From contig JAQGDQ010000408.1 of the NCBI GenBank assembly GCA_030141605.1, forward strand, positions 143,596 through 207,595: a DNA stretch of 64,000 nt. Reading direction: 5' to 3'. A program made the translations under genes and the position numbers. Under the pieces are notes generated by a model. That model had not been told where the DNA came from and searched no databases. It was given only the letters and a program-made list of their open reading frames with translations. Each line of letters opens with the position of its first letter. Position 1 is the stretch's first letter. Origin of the DNA: Tubiluchus corallicola (lineage: Eukaryota > Animalia > Priapulida). Positions 25,662 through 55,089 of the stretch are shown piece after piece.

Positions 25662-27940
25662 GCTGTCCTGTTAAGTCTGTGCCCTCCCTGATTTCTTTAG
25701 AGTGTAACCTTCCCAAAATGTACCCGTGGTTGCACTCTTCACATGTAAAGATGAAAAACTGCGCCGCAAATAATTATAACAAAACAATTCTTAATGTAAA
25801 ATCACCATTTTATTCAAGTATTAACACGCAGTCATTTCAGTTTTATACAATATTATGGTAGGTAATTTCTATCAGCTGCTTTCAGATCGTACTAAAAATT
25901 CCACAATTATTACTGTTATATTAATATAAAAATCACCAACGATTATATAATAGCGGGGTAGGTTATAATATCTTCACAGCCCTGTTCATTAAGTTACGTT
26001 ATCTAAAGTAAAAATCTCTTATCTACAATTATTATGTATGTAAATGGCACCAGGTATGCAAAAAGGAATGTTATGAACGTATTTTTGTATGCTAAAATCT
26101 ACAGCCAACATCATTCTTAGGTTAAATATTGCTATAAAATCCGAAGACTGGTTCATACGTTATTTGTTTTTCATGAAAATCAACCCGTTCAGGAGACAAC
26201 TGCGTTACATGTATTAGGTTCAATCGTGAAGCGAACATCAAAGTCTTCACATGAACAACAGGTGTAAAAACACGTCTTGTGTAAATACTTAAAGGAAAAC
26301 CGGACGATTGTGTCAACATTAGTTCAGAATAAAGAATGCTCTAAAATATTGAAAACTACAATAGCTTTTTTAAATCAAAGCTTACATTAAATAATAATTA
26401 CCTCGGATACTCAAATTTTGTTAAACTTTCAAAGCTACGCGCGGCTCAGTGAATCTACTAAGATTGGCAATGGCACCTTTTTGTCACGCGCACGTGGCCG
26501 ACAAATAGAAGGCGGTACCGTGATAAACATGATCATGAACTGCAGTGTTAGTTTCTGACGCCATATGACGTAGAGCGCGTTCAAGCAGTAACACTTATGC
26601 AAACGTGCTTGACGGGCGAGGGAAGATGTCTGCCATTGCACAAACTGTTGTTAGTTTCTGACGTAAGCAATAGCTGTGTTCGGTTGCCATTAATTAAACT
26701 AATTTAACTATCTAAGCTAAGCCAATTATTCAAATATAAGAAATGAGTAACAGAAGTAATAAGTAACGTGAGTAACAATATAAGAGAAGAGAACATAAGT
26801 AAGCAATGGTAGAAACAATTGCTAACTTTTATAGGCAAGAAAATGTATATTTTGGACAGTAAATTAAAATAAGATTGAGTCTAAACAATCGTCCAGTTTT
26901 CTTTTAAAAACCACTACTTAGATATTGAAGCTGCACACAGATCTAACTTACAGATGTAATTGCTTAACTATGTGATGCCACTGTTTGGTTCTGCTATTCC
27001 ACTTTTACATAAAACAATCACAAAAGCAAGATTAGAACTGCTAGAAAGTACGAATAGTGCAGGGTAACGGAAAATAAACTACAACAAAATTTCTTTACAA
27101 TTGAAAAACACTCAAAAAAGTAATGAAGTTTGATTTAACAAAACCAAAGTCAAATTGTCTCTCACATTCTTCATAAATGTGTTACAAAGTAGCTGTTTTG
27201 CAAATACAAATAAATTTCTCATAACTTTTATATCTGTGAAACATACAATACGTTTCATGTGAAATGCTTTGAGGCAGTTTCCAGACATCACACCCAAAAG
27301 TAACTAAAAACGCTACATACTCAACAGTAATAATAATATCAACTTGCTTTTATCAAACCTGCATTTTATTCAGTATTGCGGAAAGTTCTTAGTTGAAGCA
27401 AAATTTACGTTGTTGACACAAATAAAAAAGTTAACAAGAACAAGCAAACATGATAAAAACTTATATTGTCAAAGACTCGTTTTAAAAAATGATGACATAA
27501 CATTCCACATCATTCTACCAGATATGCGTTTTCAAAATAAGACAACCAATTATTAATAATCATTTTGTCAGGATGAAATGTGTCCAGTTTATAGTCAATA
27601 GATGTTGCTATGATTTTGCTTAATGTCAGAGAAAAAGCATGGCAGCAGCACCGGCCTATGTCATCATTCATAACATCAGTAAGCTAACTAATGCAAATTA
27701 ATATTACTTTGTCGTTTGCTTTGCATGTCCTTGAGAGATCAGATGTAGCTTTTCTATTGTTTGTTATTATTTTCTCATTACACATTTCTTGGTGGTGGTA
27801 AAAATTTTAGGGTTACTTGTTTCGCCATGATGCTGTTCTTGTTCTCGTTGCTCATGTAATAAGTTTGAGCCAGACATCACAATATCTGTATTCCAAATTT
27901 TTACTATAAAACAGATTCCATAGAAATGATAAACAGTGTT

Positions 27941-28261
27941 TTAAAGCCAAGCTCAGGTCGACCAGTGACGCGATGCAACTGGCCTCAAAATGACAGAAAC
28001 CAGTCGTAGACATGCTCAGGTCGACAGCGACTGATTTACAGCAACTAGGAAGAAACAAGTTCTCATGTGTTACAACACTGCTTAAGCTGATAATTGCGCA
28101 TACGTGAATGACAAAAAATCTTTGAGCAGACCACATGAAGAAACCACAATCATCGTCGAACTATGCTCAGGTAAAAATTGCGTACATATGACACTTGTAG
28201 AACATGAGCAACTTGCTGCCAGTTGTGTTATATCCCAAGGTCGACCTAAGCCTGCCTTTAA
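27941..28261. mobile_element. TTAA-flanked Kolobok-like MITE downstream of the CASK stop
   Basis: TTAA-AGCCAAGCTCAGGTCGACC ... GGTCGACCTAAGCCTGCCT-TTAA (20/23 match). Confidence 0.7.
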
Positions 28262-30011
28262 TGGCACGCTCAGCAACAAATTCCAGACAATGAAACAACA
28301 TTCTAAATGACATATCCCCCGGTAGTTAGAAAGACTAAAAACTCAATAAGTAAACCAGTACTTTGCATTTGTAATGTGCGATAATGAAGGCTGGTTATTT
28401 AGTCTAGTTATGTCTTCTGAAATTTTTGACAACTTACGACGTTATTTATCCTGAGCACTGAACCCTTTGCAACCAAAAATGGGATTTTCAATTTTAGCAG
28501 ATCTGATGACTTGACCTAGCTATGTGACCTTGCTTACAAAAGCCATCCACAGTGCTTTGAAATTAAAACTCTATTGCAGGGTAAAGTAACTTCAAATTAT
28601 TAATTTTATAAACTGTCATTTTTTACTTTTTTATGAGCAGTTAGATAATTATGCGGGTCCAGAAATGACATTTTTAGAAACCAATTTCACGATTTTCCAA
28701 TTTTTACTTTTTGCGTACAGTGTTACAGATACATACAATAGCTTGGCTTGAAAATAAGGAAGGAAGAAAAACTTGGCAGCAAACTAGTCAGCAAAGCAAG
28801 GACATAGAGGCCATGAGCTCATTGAAAAATCATTGGGTTAGTACTACACACAGTTTTAATAAGCAAGGCCCAATAAATCTATAAACATGATTAGAACAAG
28901 TGACACACATTTATATATCTCTGAAAATGTAAATCATTTCGACTACAAATTTGTTTACAGTCTAATGCTGCCGTCAAGATGAAACATCCGATTTTCATAT
29001 ATCACCTGACACCTGTTCAACAGGTAAGCTAACGCACGAATAAAATGTCATTAAGTAATCGTAGATAAAACTTCGAAGGTAACCAAATTAAGAAACACCT
29101 ATGAAACTAATAACTCCATATAACTGAGTATCTACTTCCCACGGGAAAACTAAAGACATGTACATTACATGAAATCCTAACTTACTGCAGATATTATAAA
29201 CACATAATAACATTAACATTTGCAAAACCCCATTATCTCAAAGCAACCTGCCCACAGAGTAACTTCTTAAACTAACAGATCTCGATAACAATACACATAA
29301 GTTTCACGAACTTAATATAAAAGCAAAATTTAACAATTATTTTAAGAATGTAACATTTTCTTTTATTCTTTTCTAAGAAAAGGTTCGTTTTAGCATCGTA
29401 TTCGGCTACAAAATTATAATCAACTTTGGGTTTCTATGAATACATGATTTTCTTAAAAACCCAATTGTTTCGCATACAATCAAAAGCAAATTTCTAAACT
29501 CATGATCCAGCTATTAAATTTTGCAGTTTATAAAAGGAACGCAACTGTTATTTATGACAGTTTTTTCCAAAGAGATAGAATCGTTTAGACTACCATCCAC
29601 ATGTTTTCGGTTATTTCCGTTACTTTCAGGACTACCACTTACTTCTCATTAACAAATATTTTCTTGTTGTCAAGTTTCAGCATTTCAGTTTCAATTCAAA
29701 ACACCGTCACCATTACCGTGTCTCGTCACGAGACTTCTATATTCACAAAATCACGCAGCACACGGATTCATGAATTTGCACCTGTAATTGTTCTCAATCA
29801 CACGCACATTTGCTGACAATTTTCAGCACACTTCTAGTGCTCGAAAGCGTTTTCGGAGAAGCAGGTTCGTCGTCTCAACACGATTCCGCAAAGCCACATC
29901 AGAAACGTTTCATACGGGAAGCGTAGGCAACAAAGCTGTACAGTCCGGGCAGAGAATTGCTTAATCACAGTATTGGCATTGTATGAGCTCTTATAAGAGA
30001 TTATCCCATCG

Positions 30012-46752
<16,741 letters not shown>

Positions 46753-47008
46753 CTGAAAACAACAAAAACAAGATGGGAAATCACTCAAGTTATAACACGG
46801 CCAGGAATATGACACACATTTTATTCTAACTCAGTCAACTCCAGACTTGGATAGTTAAGTGTCAACACTTTCTTGCTTCAGTGTAATTCTTGTTGAAGAC
46901 AATTATATTATTGTACCTTAATTAGAAGAGTATAATAAACGAGGATGCTCATCAAGCTTTCAATCAAACTCTATTTTCATTGTTTTACGCTGTAAACACC
47001 AAATCAAA

Positions 47009-47314
47009 CAAATATGGCTCCTTTTTTAGGTGAGAAAACAAATTTTGATAAATGATATAAAAAACAATGTGCAGATTTAAATTAAATTTTCCATTTGATG
47101 TTTTTTTTGCAATATTAGGTGACATCATTCTTTGCAGTACGACGACACATTCATTGGTAGAAGAGCCTGCAAAAATTGGTTACTGAGTGTGCTAAGCAAC
47201 CAAACAATATTGCTAAAAAACACATGAAATGGGCGCTTTAATTTAAGTCTATACGCTGCCTTTTAAACTGTTCGTTAAAATGCTTCCTTTCACCTAAAAA
47301 GGAGGCTATGTTTG
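47009..47314. mobile_element. MITE with about 25-bp inverted repeats
   Basis: CAAATATGGCTCCTTTTTTAGGTGA / TCACCTAAAAAGGAGGCTATGTTTG. Confidence 0.55.
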
Positions 47315-47909
47315 AAATTTCAGGGATGGGTTGGATTAAAGCAAAAGCATGACTCGAATGCACCTCTACCGGGTGTATCAGAAACACTAACAGGGCAATG
47401 TATGAAACCTTGCAAGTTCAGCAGAAAAACACCCGAGCAGTGAGCGGAGCCAGTGTTGTTTAATCCCAAAACCAGTAAAACACATCAAGATTACATAGAA
47501 CGAATAGACAAATATAGCAAGTTGCAATTCCCTGAGGATTTCTCCATCATTTAAAAACTAAAAGCCGAGCCATCACAACATGTCACCACTAGTGAAATGC
47601 TGATCGTTTTACCCACTAATAATGAGATTTAAAGATTCTCCCTGGGGTCCAGGGAAAAGTCCATGGCTTCAACTATCAAGAATACTGTAAATCTTGCAGT
47701 AGAAGCCATGCATTTCATATGAAAGACTAGCTTAACAAGTGAACTCATGAGTGTACAAACACAAATGTTTAACACAGCACTCACAACCGCTTATGATTAT
47801 TACTAAGCATTCGATTTTGTGCTATGAAAGGTTTAATGTGCAGCGCTAGAGAATGCTTATCTGGTGAACGTTTAGCAGCAATACTGAAGTCAACCTAACC
47901 AACACTGAA

Positions 47910-48182
47910 GCTAGATGGGTTAGTCTAGTAGTAACGCGTCGCCTTTCCATCTAGCAGAGAGTGAGTTCGATACTGCGGGCCATACCAAGGACTTTAAAAA
48001 TGGTACCTGCAGTTGCCCTGCCTGGCACGTGGTATTTAGGGTAAAAGTGGGGTAATAATAGTATCTGTTATGTAGTTGTAGATTGTTATTTACAATTGGT
48101 CCAAAAGCTCTTTAGAGCTTATGTTAATTGTTCATCCAAACGAACTTTAAATAAAGATTATTATTATTATTATATTATTATA
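47910..48182 (+). mobile_element. tRNA-derived SINE with Meta/MESC-like core and (ATT)n tail
   Basis: A box TAGTCTAGTAG, B box GAGTTCGATAC, core CATACCAAGGACTTTAAAAATGGTACC...CCTGCCTGGCAC, tail AATAAAG(ATT)n. Core assignment is from memory. Confidence 0.7.
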
Positions 48183-48696
48183 ACACAGATGTCAATCTAA
48201 CGAAATGAAAAAGATTAGCGCCTTCACAGACGCAAATGCGGACAATGTTGTCATTTCATTTCACGAAACATCAGGAAACAACTGTTGACAAGTTGATATG
48301 GCAAAATGAAGTCAGCACGTTGAGTATTTTTTAAATTAATGAAAGTTGAATGTTAAAATGTCGAAAAAATATTTAGCTAATTTGCGGCCAGTTTGCTACT
48401 TTAATGATGTTGTTATTATTTATTTATAATCGCAATTCTGAGATTACCAACTATCGACGGAATTCAAATATCAGATTTATTCAAATCTCTATTAGGAGAC
48501 ATTCCAACAATTACAAGCGGGTCATTTTTTTACAAAAATATTAAGTAGAAAAAATAAATAAACTTGTGCAAAAGAAATTATAGCAATTTAGTTAAATTCT
48601 GACGTTATAACACTAGAATAGACTGATAAATAAAATTAATTAATAGAATTGTAAGAAATCACATATTTGAATTAAGACATTCTTTGATTTACAAGA

Positions 48697-48765
48697 AGTT
48701 GTGTAGTCAGTCAGAGTTACATGTCGTTTGACTTGTAGTTTAAAGACCCTAGTTCAAATCCAAAA
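48697..48765 (+). mobile_element. Degenerate tRNA-like SINE head
   Basis: TGTAGTCAGTCAGAGTTA ... CTAGTTCAAATCC with A/B-box spacing. Confidence 0.35.
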
Positions 48766-49889
48766 TGTAGGCTGCCTCATATATTTTTACATCTTTTTCC
48801 TCTTTCATCTGGGCCAACTGTCCAGACCAGTACAAACTTGTGAATTTGTTTCACGAATAGTGCTTGGAATTGTGTGAAACGTTTGGGTTGCTTGTTTGCG
48901 ATTAACTACGTAAGCTGTTAATTTTGCTACGGTGCTGGACTTGTAATTCAAATACATACAAAACACTCCCATTCACTGATGGTGAGATAAACAATGTGTA
49001 CTCATTTTGACAAAAATTTGGACTCTACGAAAACTGTAAACGTGTATCTATAATCTACTAACATCACATTTAGGTTATGACCATCATTTCAGAGGCAGTA
49101 AGTGAAGACTATATAGAACGTTCGTGCATTATCGATCTTCAGTGGGTGAATTAATTGGCATTTGTCATTTCACATAATTTAGACATTGGGCAAAATGTTT
49201 TTGTTGTTGCTGATGTTGTTTTGTGCCATGGTGTGAGTAGTGTCGTATGGTGCAAGTGGTGTGTGAGTAGTGTCATATGGTGTAAGTGGTGTGGGATGGT
49301 TGTTAACATCGTGACATCAAAATAGAACAGTATGGTAGAAAAGCTGCTGAACGACTTAAAGGAAACATCGTCCAAAACATAACATGTTACTAAAATTTGA
49401 ACATTCTACAAATACACATGCAAGCAAGCATGCATACAAGTGACGTGCACGCGTGAGCGCAGCAGAGAGAGTAACTCAATGCTTCCCACTCCTGACTAGT
49501 TAATAATAGGAAATCTCGAAAACCACGATGTCCACTGTCCGTACAAGAAGCATACAGCAGAAGAACACGTATACAAGCTGCTGATAAACTCTGATAATTT
49601 GAAAGCTTGTTACAACACGTGAAACACAATCAGATTTCTTCATTCACCTGTAAAACGCCATTAACCACCTTCCTCCCACATTATGTATGCAGACGATCAT
49701 TGCTTCATCAATATCAAATGACCATTACAGTAACCGGCAAACACAATTTCACTACGAGTGTTTGCTCTAGGTAATGGGGTACACGAGTTGAGCTGTATGA
49801 ACGGAAAACGCCCACTGCTGCCATTTAGCTATCAGTAAATCTGTGGCTTCAGTAAATCTTGTGGTAATACGCACGTAGACAGCTGGAGG

Positions 49890-50950
49890 AAAACTTTGAT
49901 TAGAGAAGATTTACAGGTAGCAGAGGAGGAGGATTTCTAGTAAAACTTTGATTAGAGAAGATTTACAGGTAGCAGAGGAGGAACATTTCAAGAAAATGTT
50001 TGATTGCAGACGATTTCAGGTAACAGAGGAGGAACATTTTGATTACACAATTTACAGGTAGCAGAGGAGGAACAGTTTGATTACAGACGATTTACAGGTA
50101 GCAGAGGAGGAACAGTTTGATTACACAATTTACAGGTAGCAGAGGAGGAACAGTTTGATTACAGACGATTTACAGGTAGCAGAGGAGGAACATTTCAAGC
50201 AAAAGTTTGCAGACGACTTACAGGTAGCAGAGGAGGAACATTTCAAGCAAAAGCTTGCAGACGACTTACAGGTAGCAGAGGAGGAACATTTCAAGTAAAT
50301 GTTTGATTGCAGACGATTTCAGGTAACAGAGGAGGAACATTTTGATTACACAATTTACACGTAGCAGAGGAGGAACAGTTTGATTACAGACGATTTACAG
50401 GTAGCAGAGGAGGAACAGTTTGATTACACAATTTACAGGTAGCAGAGGAGGAACAGTTTGATTACAAACGATTTTTACAGGTAGCAGAGGAGGAACATTT
50501 CAAGCAAAAGTTTGCAGACGACTTACAGGTAGCAGAGGAGGAACATTTCAAGCAAAAGTTTGCAGACGACTTACAGGTAGCAGAGGAGGAACATTTCAAG
50601 TAAATGTTTGATTGCAGACGATTTCAGGTAACAGAGGAGGAACATTTTGATTACACAATTTACACGTAGCAGAGGAGGAACAGTTTGATTACAGACGATT
50701 TACAGGTAGCAGAGGAGGAACAGTTTGATTACACAATTTACAGGTAGCAGAGGAGGAACAGTTTGATTACAAACGATTTTTACAGGTAGCAGAGGAGGAA
50801 CATTTCAAGCAAAAGTTTGCAGACGACTTACAGGTAGCAGAGGAGAAACATTTTAATAAAAGTTTGATTGCAGACGATTTACAGGTAGCAGAGGAGGAAC
50901 TTTTCAAGTAATAGTTCGATTAGAGACGATTTACAGGTAGCAGAGGAGGG
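49890..50950. repeat. Complex minisatellite: constant TTACAGGTAGCAGAGGAGGAACA core, monomers of about 37-52 bp, 303-305-bp higher-order unit
   Basis: Diagnostic variant GGTAACAGAGG recurs at about 50021, 50324 and 50629, with seven monomers per period. Confidence 0.93.
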
Positions 50951-51000
50951 ATATTTCCTGTAGCAGGAAATGTCACAGTAACAAATTGTTCTTTCCAATC

Positions 51001-51227
51001 TGTGAGATTATACAACGTCAAGTATTTATAAAACAGGTCCTCTTCTACAAGTCCCAGGTTTTTCAAGGTGTAGTAAGCGAATGCAGCGCCATCAGAGGTC
51101 AAGATAATGATTAGAAGTCGATCAAAGAAAAGATGTTTCAAGCAGCAAAAAACGTGATGTGAGATTACACAACGTCAAGTCTCTATAAAGCTGGTCCTTT
51201 TCAACAAGTCCCAGGTTTTTTAGGGTG
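51001..51227. repeat. Diverged direct duplication of about 70 bp
   Basis: TGTGAGATTA(T/C)ACAACGTCAAGT...CAAGTCCCAGGTTTTT at 51001 and 51158. Confidence 0.75.
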
Positions 51228-51680
51228 CTGATCAAGCGCCGTGGATCGGAGCTCTTACACGTCTGCAATCATGATAGTTAAAACATATCGGATTAATGCT
51301 GTTTGAAAATCAGCATCAGGCTCAAAGCAAGTGAGCTGAAAAACACGTGCCTGGTCACATTTTCTTGATTAAAACTACCTGCTTTTACACACCTATTGGT
51401 TAATTAGGTAACAGCAAAAGATATACATCAAACAGTGAAAGTTCGATAACTGACAAAGTGTACCGAAAATTAATAGATTAATGTAACGACGTGGCCCACG
51501 TGTCAGTTCGAACTCGATTAAAAATTAAGCAATACTGGAACCGAGAGGGTAGCTGGATAAGTCTCGCGGTCTCGCGAAAGTCAGCTAACAACGTCACTTA
51601 ATAGTGCTATTCCATGCTACAACGTTAAAATCCAGGTACCCCACGCAGGTCATGCCCGACTTTTGTCCTGCATTTGACGG

Positions 51681-52944
51681 TGGAGCAGACCTGGATGGAA
51701 ATAGCAGCTGGAACTTCATACATGGAGCAGACCTGGATGGAAATAGCAGCTGGAATTTCATACATGGAGCAGACCTGGATGGAAATGGCAGCTGGAACTT
51801 CATACATGGAGCAGACCTGGATGGAAATAGCAGCTGGAACTTCATACATGGAGCGGACCTGGATGGAAATGGCAGCTGGAACTTCATACATGGAGCAGAC
51901 CTGGATGGAAATGGCAGCTGGAACTTCATATATGGAGCAGACCTGGATGGAAATAGCAACTGGAACTTCATACATGGAGCAGACCTGGATGGAAATGGCA
52001 GCTGGAACTTCATACATGGAGCAGACCTGGATGGAAATGGCAGCTGGAACTTCATACATGGAGCAGACCTGGATGGGAATGGCAGCTGGAACTTCATACA
52101 TGGAGCAGACCTGGATGAAAATTGCAGCTGGAACTTCATACATGGAGCAGACCTGGATGGAAATGGCAGCTGGAACTTCATACATGGAGCAGACCTGGAT
52201 GGAAATGGCAGCTGGAACTTCATACATGAAGCAGACATGGATGGAAATAGCAGCTGGAACTTCATACATGGAGCAGACCTGGATGGAAATAGCAGCTGGA
52301 ACTTCATACATGGAGCAGACCTGGATGGAAATAGCAGCTGGAACTTCATACATGGAGCAGACCTGGATGGAAATAGCAGCTGGAACTTCATACATGGAGC
52401 AGACCTGGATGGAAATAGCAGCTGGAACTTCATACATGGAGCAGACATGGATGGACATGGCAGCTGGAACTTCATACATGGAGCGGACCTGGATGGAAAC
52501 AGCAGCTGGAACTTCATACGTGGAGCAAACCTGGATGGAAATAGCAGCTGGAACTTCATACATGAAGCAGACATGTATGGAAATAGCAGCTGGAACTTCA
52601 TACATGGAGCAGACCTGGATGGAAATAGCAGCTGGAACTTCATACATGGAGCAGACCTGGATGGAAATGCCAGCTGGAACTTCATACACGGAGCAGACCT
52701 GGATGGAAATGGCAGCTGGAATTTCATACATGGAGCAGACCTGGATGGAAACAGCAGCTGGAACTTCATACATGGAGCAGACCTGGATGGAAACAGCAGC
52801 TGGAACTTCATACATGGAGCAGACCTGGATGGAAATAGCAGCTGGAACTTCATACATGGAGCAGACCTGGATGGAAATGGCAGCTGGAACTTCATACATG
52901 GAGCAGACCTGGATGGAAATGGCAGCTGGAACTTCGTACATGGA
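51681..52944. repeat. Minisatellite, 42-bp unit, about 30 copies
   Basis: Unit CATGGAGCAGACCTGGATGGAAAT(A/G)GCAGCTGGAACTTCATA with no indels; explains the four overlapping ORFs of about 430-460 aa. Confidence 0.97.
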
Positions 52945-52995
52945 CAGAAAAATACACTGTCGTAAATATTCTGTAGCGGGACCGAGTTGAATCAT

Positions 52996-53367
52996 TTAAC
53001 CCTTTCAGTCCCAAATTATTTTTTTAATAAGAAAATTTTTTTGGCTTGGTACTTTTGTTCAGTATGTCCATCTTATTTACATAATAATTATTATTTTTCT
53101 ACCTGTGCCCGTGTGCTAAATATAGTCTGTATCCCACGGGATACATTGGGGTTGCTAAACATGATAAAGTACTGTACCGTGCGCAGTTTTTTATGCTATG
53201 TAGATATTTTAGTTTGCCATTTTATCACCATTTTTAGTCTATTGTTATTGGCTTAAATAAAAATAACTATTAACAGATTAAATAACTGTCAGTTTTAAAA
53301 TTTTATTAATTTAAAGGCAGAAAATATTCTCGTATCCCACGGGATACAACGGGTATGAAAGGGTTAA
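52996..53367. mobile_element. piggyBac-type MITE
   Basis: TTAA-CCCTTTCAGTCCC ... GGGTATGAAAGGG-TTAA; two internal GTATCCCACGGGATAC near-palindromes (about 53129 and 53332). Confidence 0.8.
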
Positions 53368-55089
53368 TTGAAATTCATTTTTCTCGGAGTCTACAAAATA
53401 TTCAATAACCACACCCAATTTGCAACGGCACAATAGTTGAATTGTATACAGGTAAATAGGGCCTAATTGCTAGTAGTAAGCGAAAAGGAGAGAGGATAGC
53501 AAGCCGTCCAAAAGCCTCTCTTATCAGCTTCCCAGATCAAGACAGCCACCCTTTTAATATGTTAAAATTAAATGATCACAATCGGCACTAGTGAGTAATG
53601 AGGTACAGACAATAAACTAATTTAACCAGCTTCATTTCCTAAATTAGTAGTTTCTAAAAAACCGAGGGAGCTAACACATAATTTTATGTATATTTGCAGT
53701 TAGGTTGATAAATGAATCTTGATTCAACAATAATTATAATTCATTACGTTACAATGATAGTGTTTTTTAGAAAGAAACACTAAGTATAGCTTTCTTGGAT
53801 AATTATTACAAGCCAATTAGACAGTCAACTCTATACAACAGACACAAGACAAGCAGTCTGCAGCAACCCTGACAACTGGAACATCAGTAAGATTAGGCAC
53901 GCATTGCTGCCAATTTGCACGAAAGCTATATCTCCGGGAAAACCATTTAGCGCTAATGGGACGCCACAGTTAGCAGGGATGAGGAAGATGCTGACGAGCG
54001 GCACGGCTTCATTAGAGCAGGTTTGCAAGCCCTGCCGCGCGTGCTTTATCAACGTTGGTCAAGGTCCATAGAAAAAAGAAGCCAACAGGCAATCCATCAA
54101 TCAACACCCTGTTTATTAAAGGCAGCTGATCGAGGCGTTAAACTTACAAGAAAACACGCTTCATAAAATAAAGCTTGAGAATTCGTCTCGAAACTTTATG
54201 CACTCTTATTGCGCACATTGACGACCGTCAGGCCTAGTTTCGACCTAGTTTAGAAACATTGAGTAAAGTTTGAAAAAATAATCAGAGCATTCGTAGCGGA
54301 CACTTCAACATCTATGCAAAAAATCAAATTAGTTTATATTGTCAGTAACATCACTAATGTATATTTTGGTGTATGAGTGGTGCACACTGGGATGGCGACA
54401 CAGTGACATTTTACCAGCTGGCGCAAATATTGTAGATTATTAAGATTTTTTTTAAATTACACAAGCCTTTGAAACAGGTAAGCGTATTGCAAAATAATAA
54501 AACTTCGTTCCGGAAGTTTTTTTGGGACATACTTTAAAATAGGCTATTCTTCTCCTTTAACTGCATTATCTTCAAAGGATTAAATGAGTATTGACGAACG
54601 AAAAAATAAATAAAACGGCATTAAATAAGTAAACAAATGAAAAAGCTGAGTTTACGAAAAGCTATGCTTTTAGGCTCAAACTGTTTGCATCAAAATTATT
54701 GTGTAATGTAATTTGCACGTGTATATGCTAGCTACCAAAGACTCTATTTGTATTTTCTGGACTATAATGTATTTGTATTTAAATTTATTTTATGGGAAAA
54801 TTACCTGCATTTTAGTGATAATTGTAAGATGCAGTGTGGAAATGAAGAAACTCTTGACCTCGTGAATAAACAGCTAAAAACGATGAACAGACAAACAAAG
54901 AAACAAATGTACAATCAACTGCACAGGCTCACCTAATTAACAAACATGCGAACAAACAAGTGGATACTCACACTTACACTAAAGAAAAACTTGGAACAAA
55001 AAACCTTTACCTGTACACAGAACTCTTTAACAAACGTGAGGTCAAAAGAAATGCGTGCTAAACATTTAGACTAATTAAGCCCTTCGACA

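Noticed and set aside
49151-49375. His-rich 74-aa ORF (HHLHHMTLLTHHLHH)
   Set aside because: Arises from a short tandem duplication in GT-rich sequence; non-ATG start, no splice signals linking it to CASK, no recognisable domain.
49890-50950. CRISPR-like look: constant 23-bp repeat with variable spacers
   Set aside because: The spacers are related to one another and recur periodically, no cas genes are present, and the context is a eukaryotic intron.
51594-52995. Four genuine overlapping proteins of 430-460 aa
   Set aside because: A 42-bp stop-poor unit makes these ORFs automatic; not annotated as CDS and kept only as a low-probability finding.
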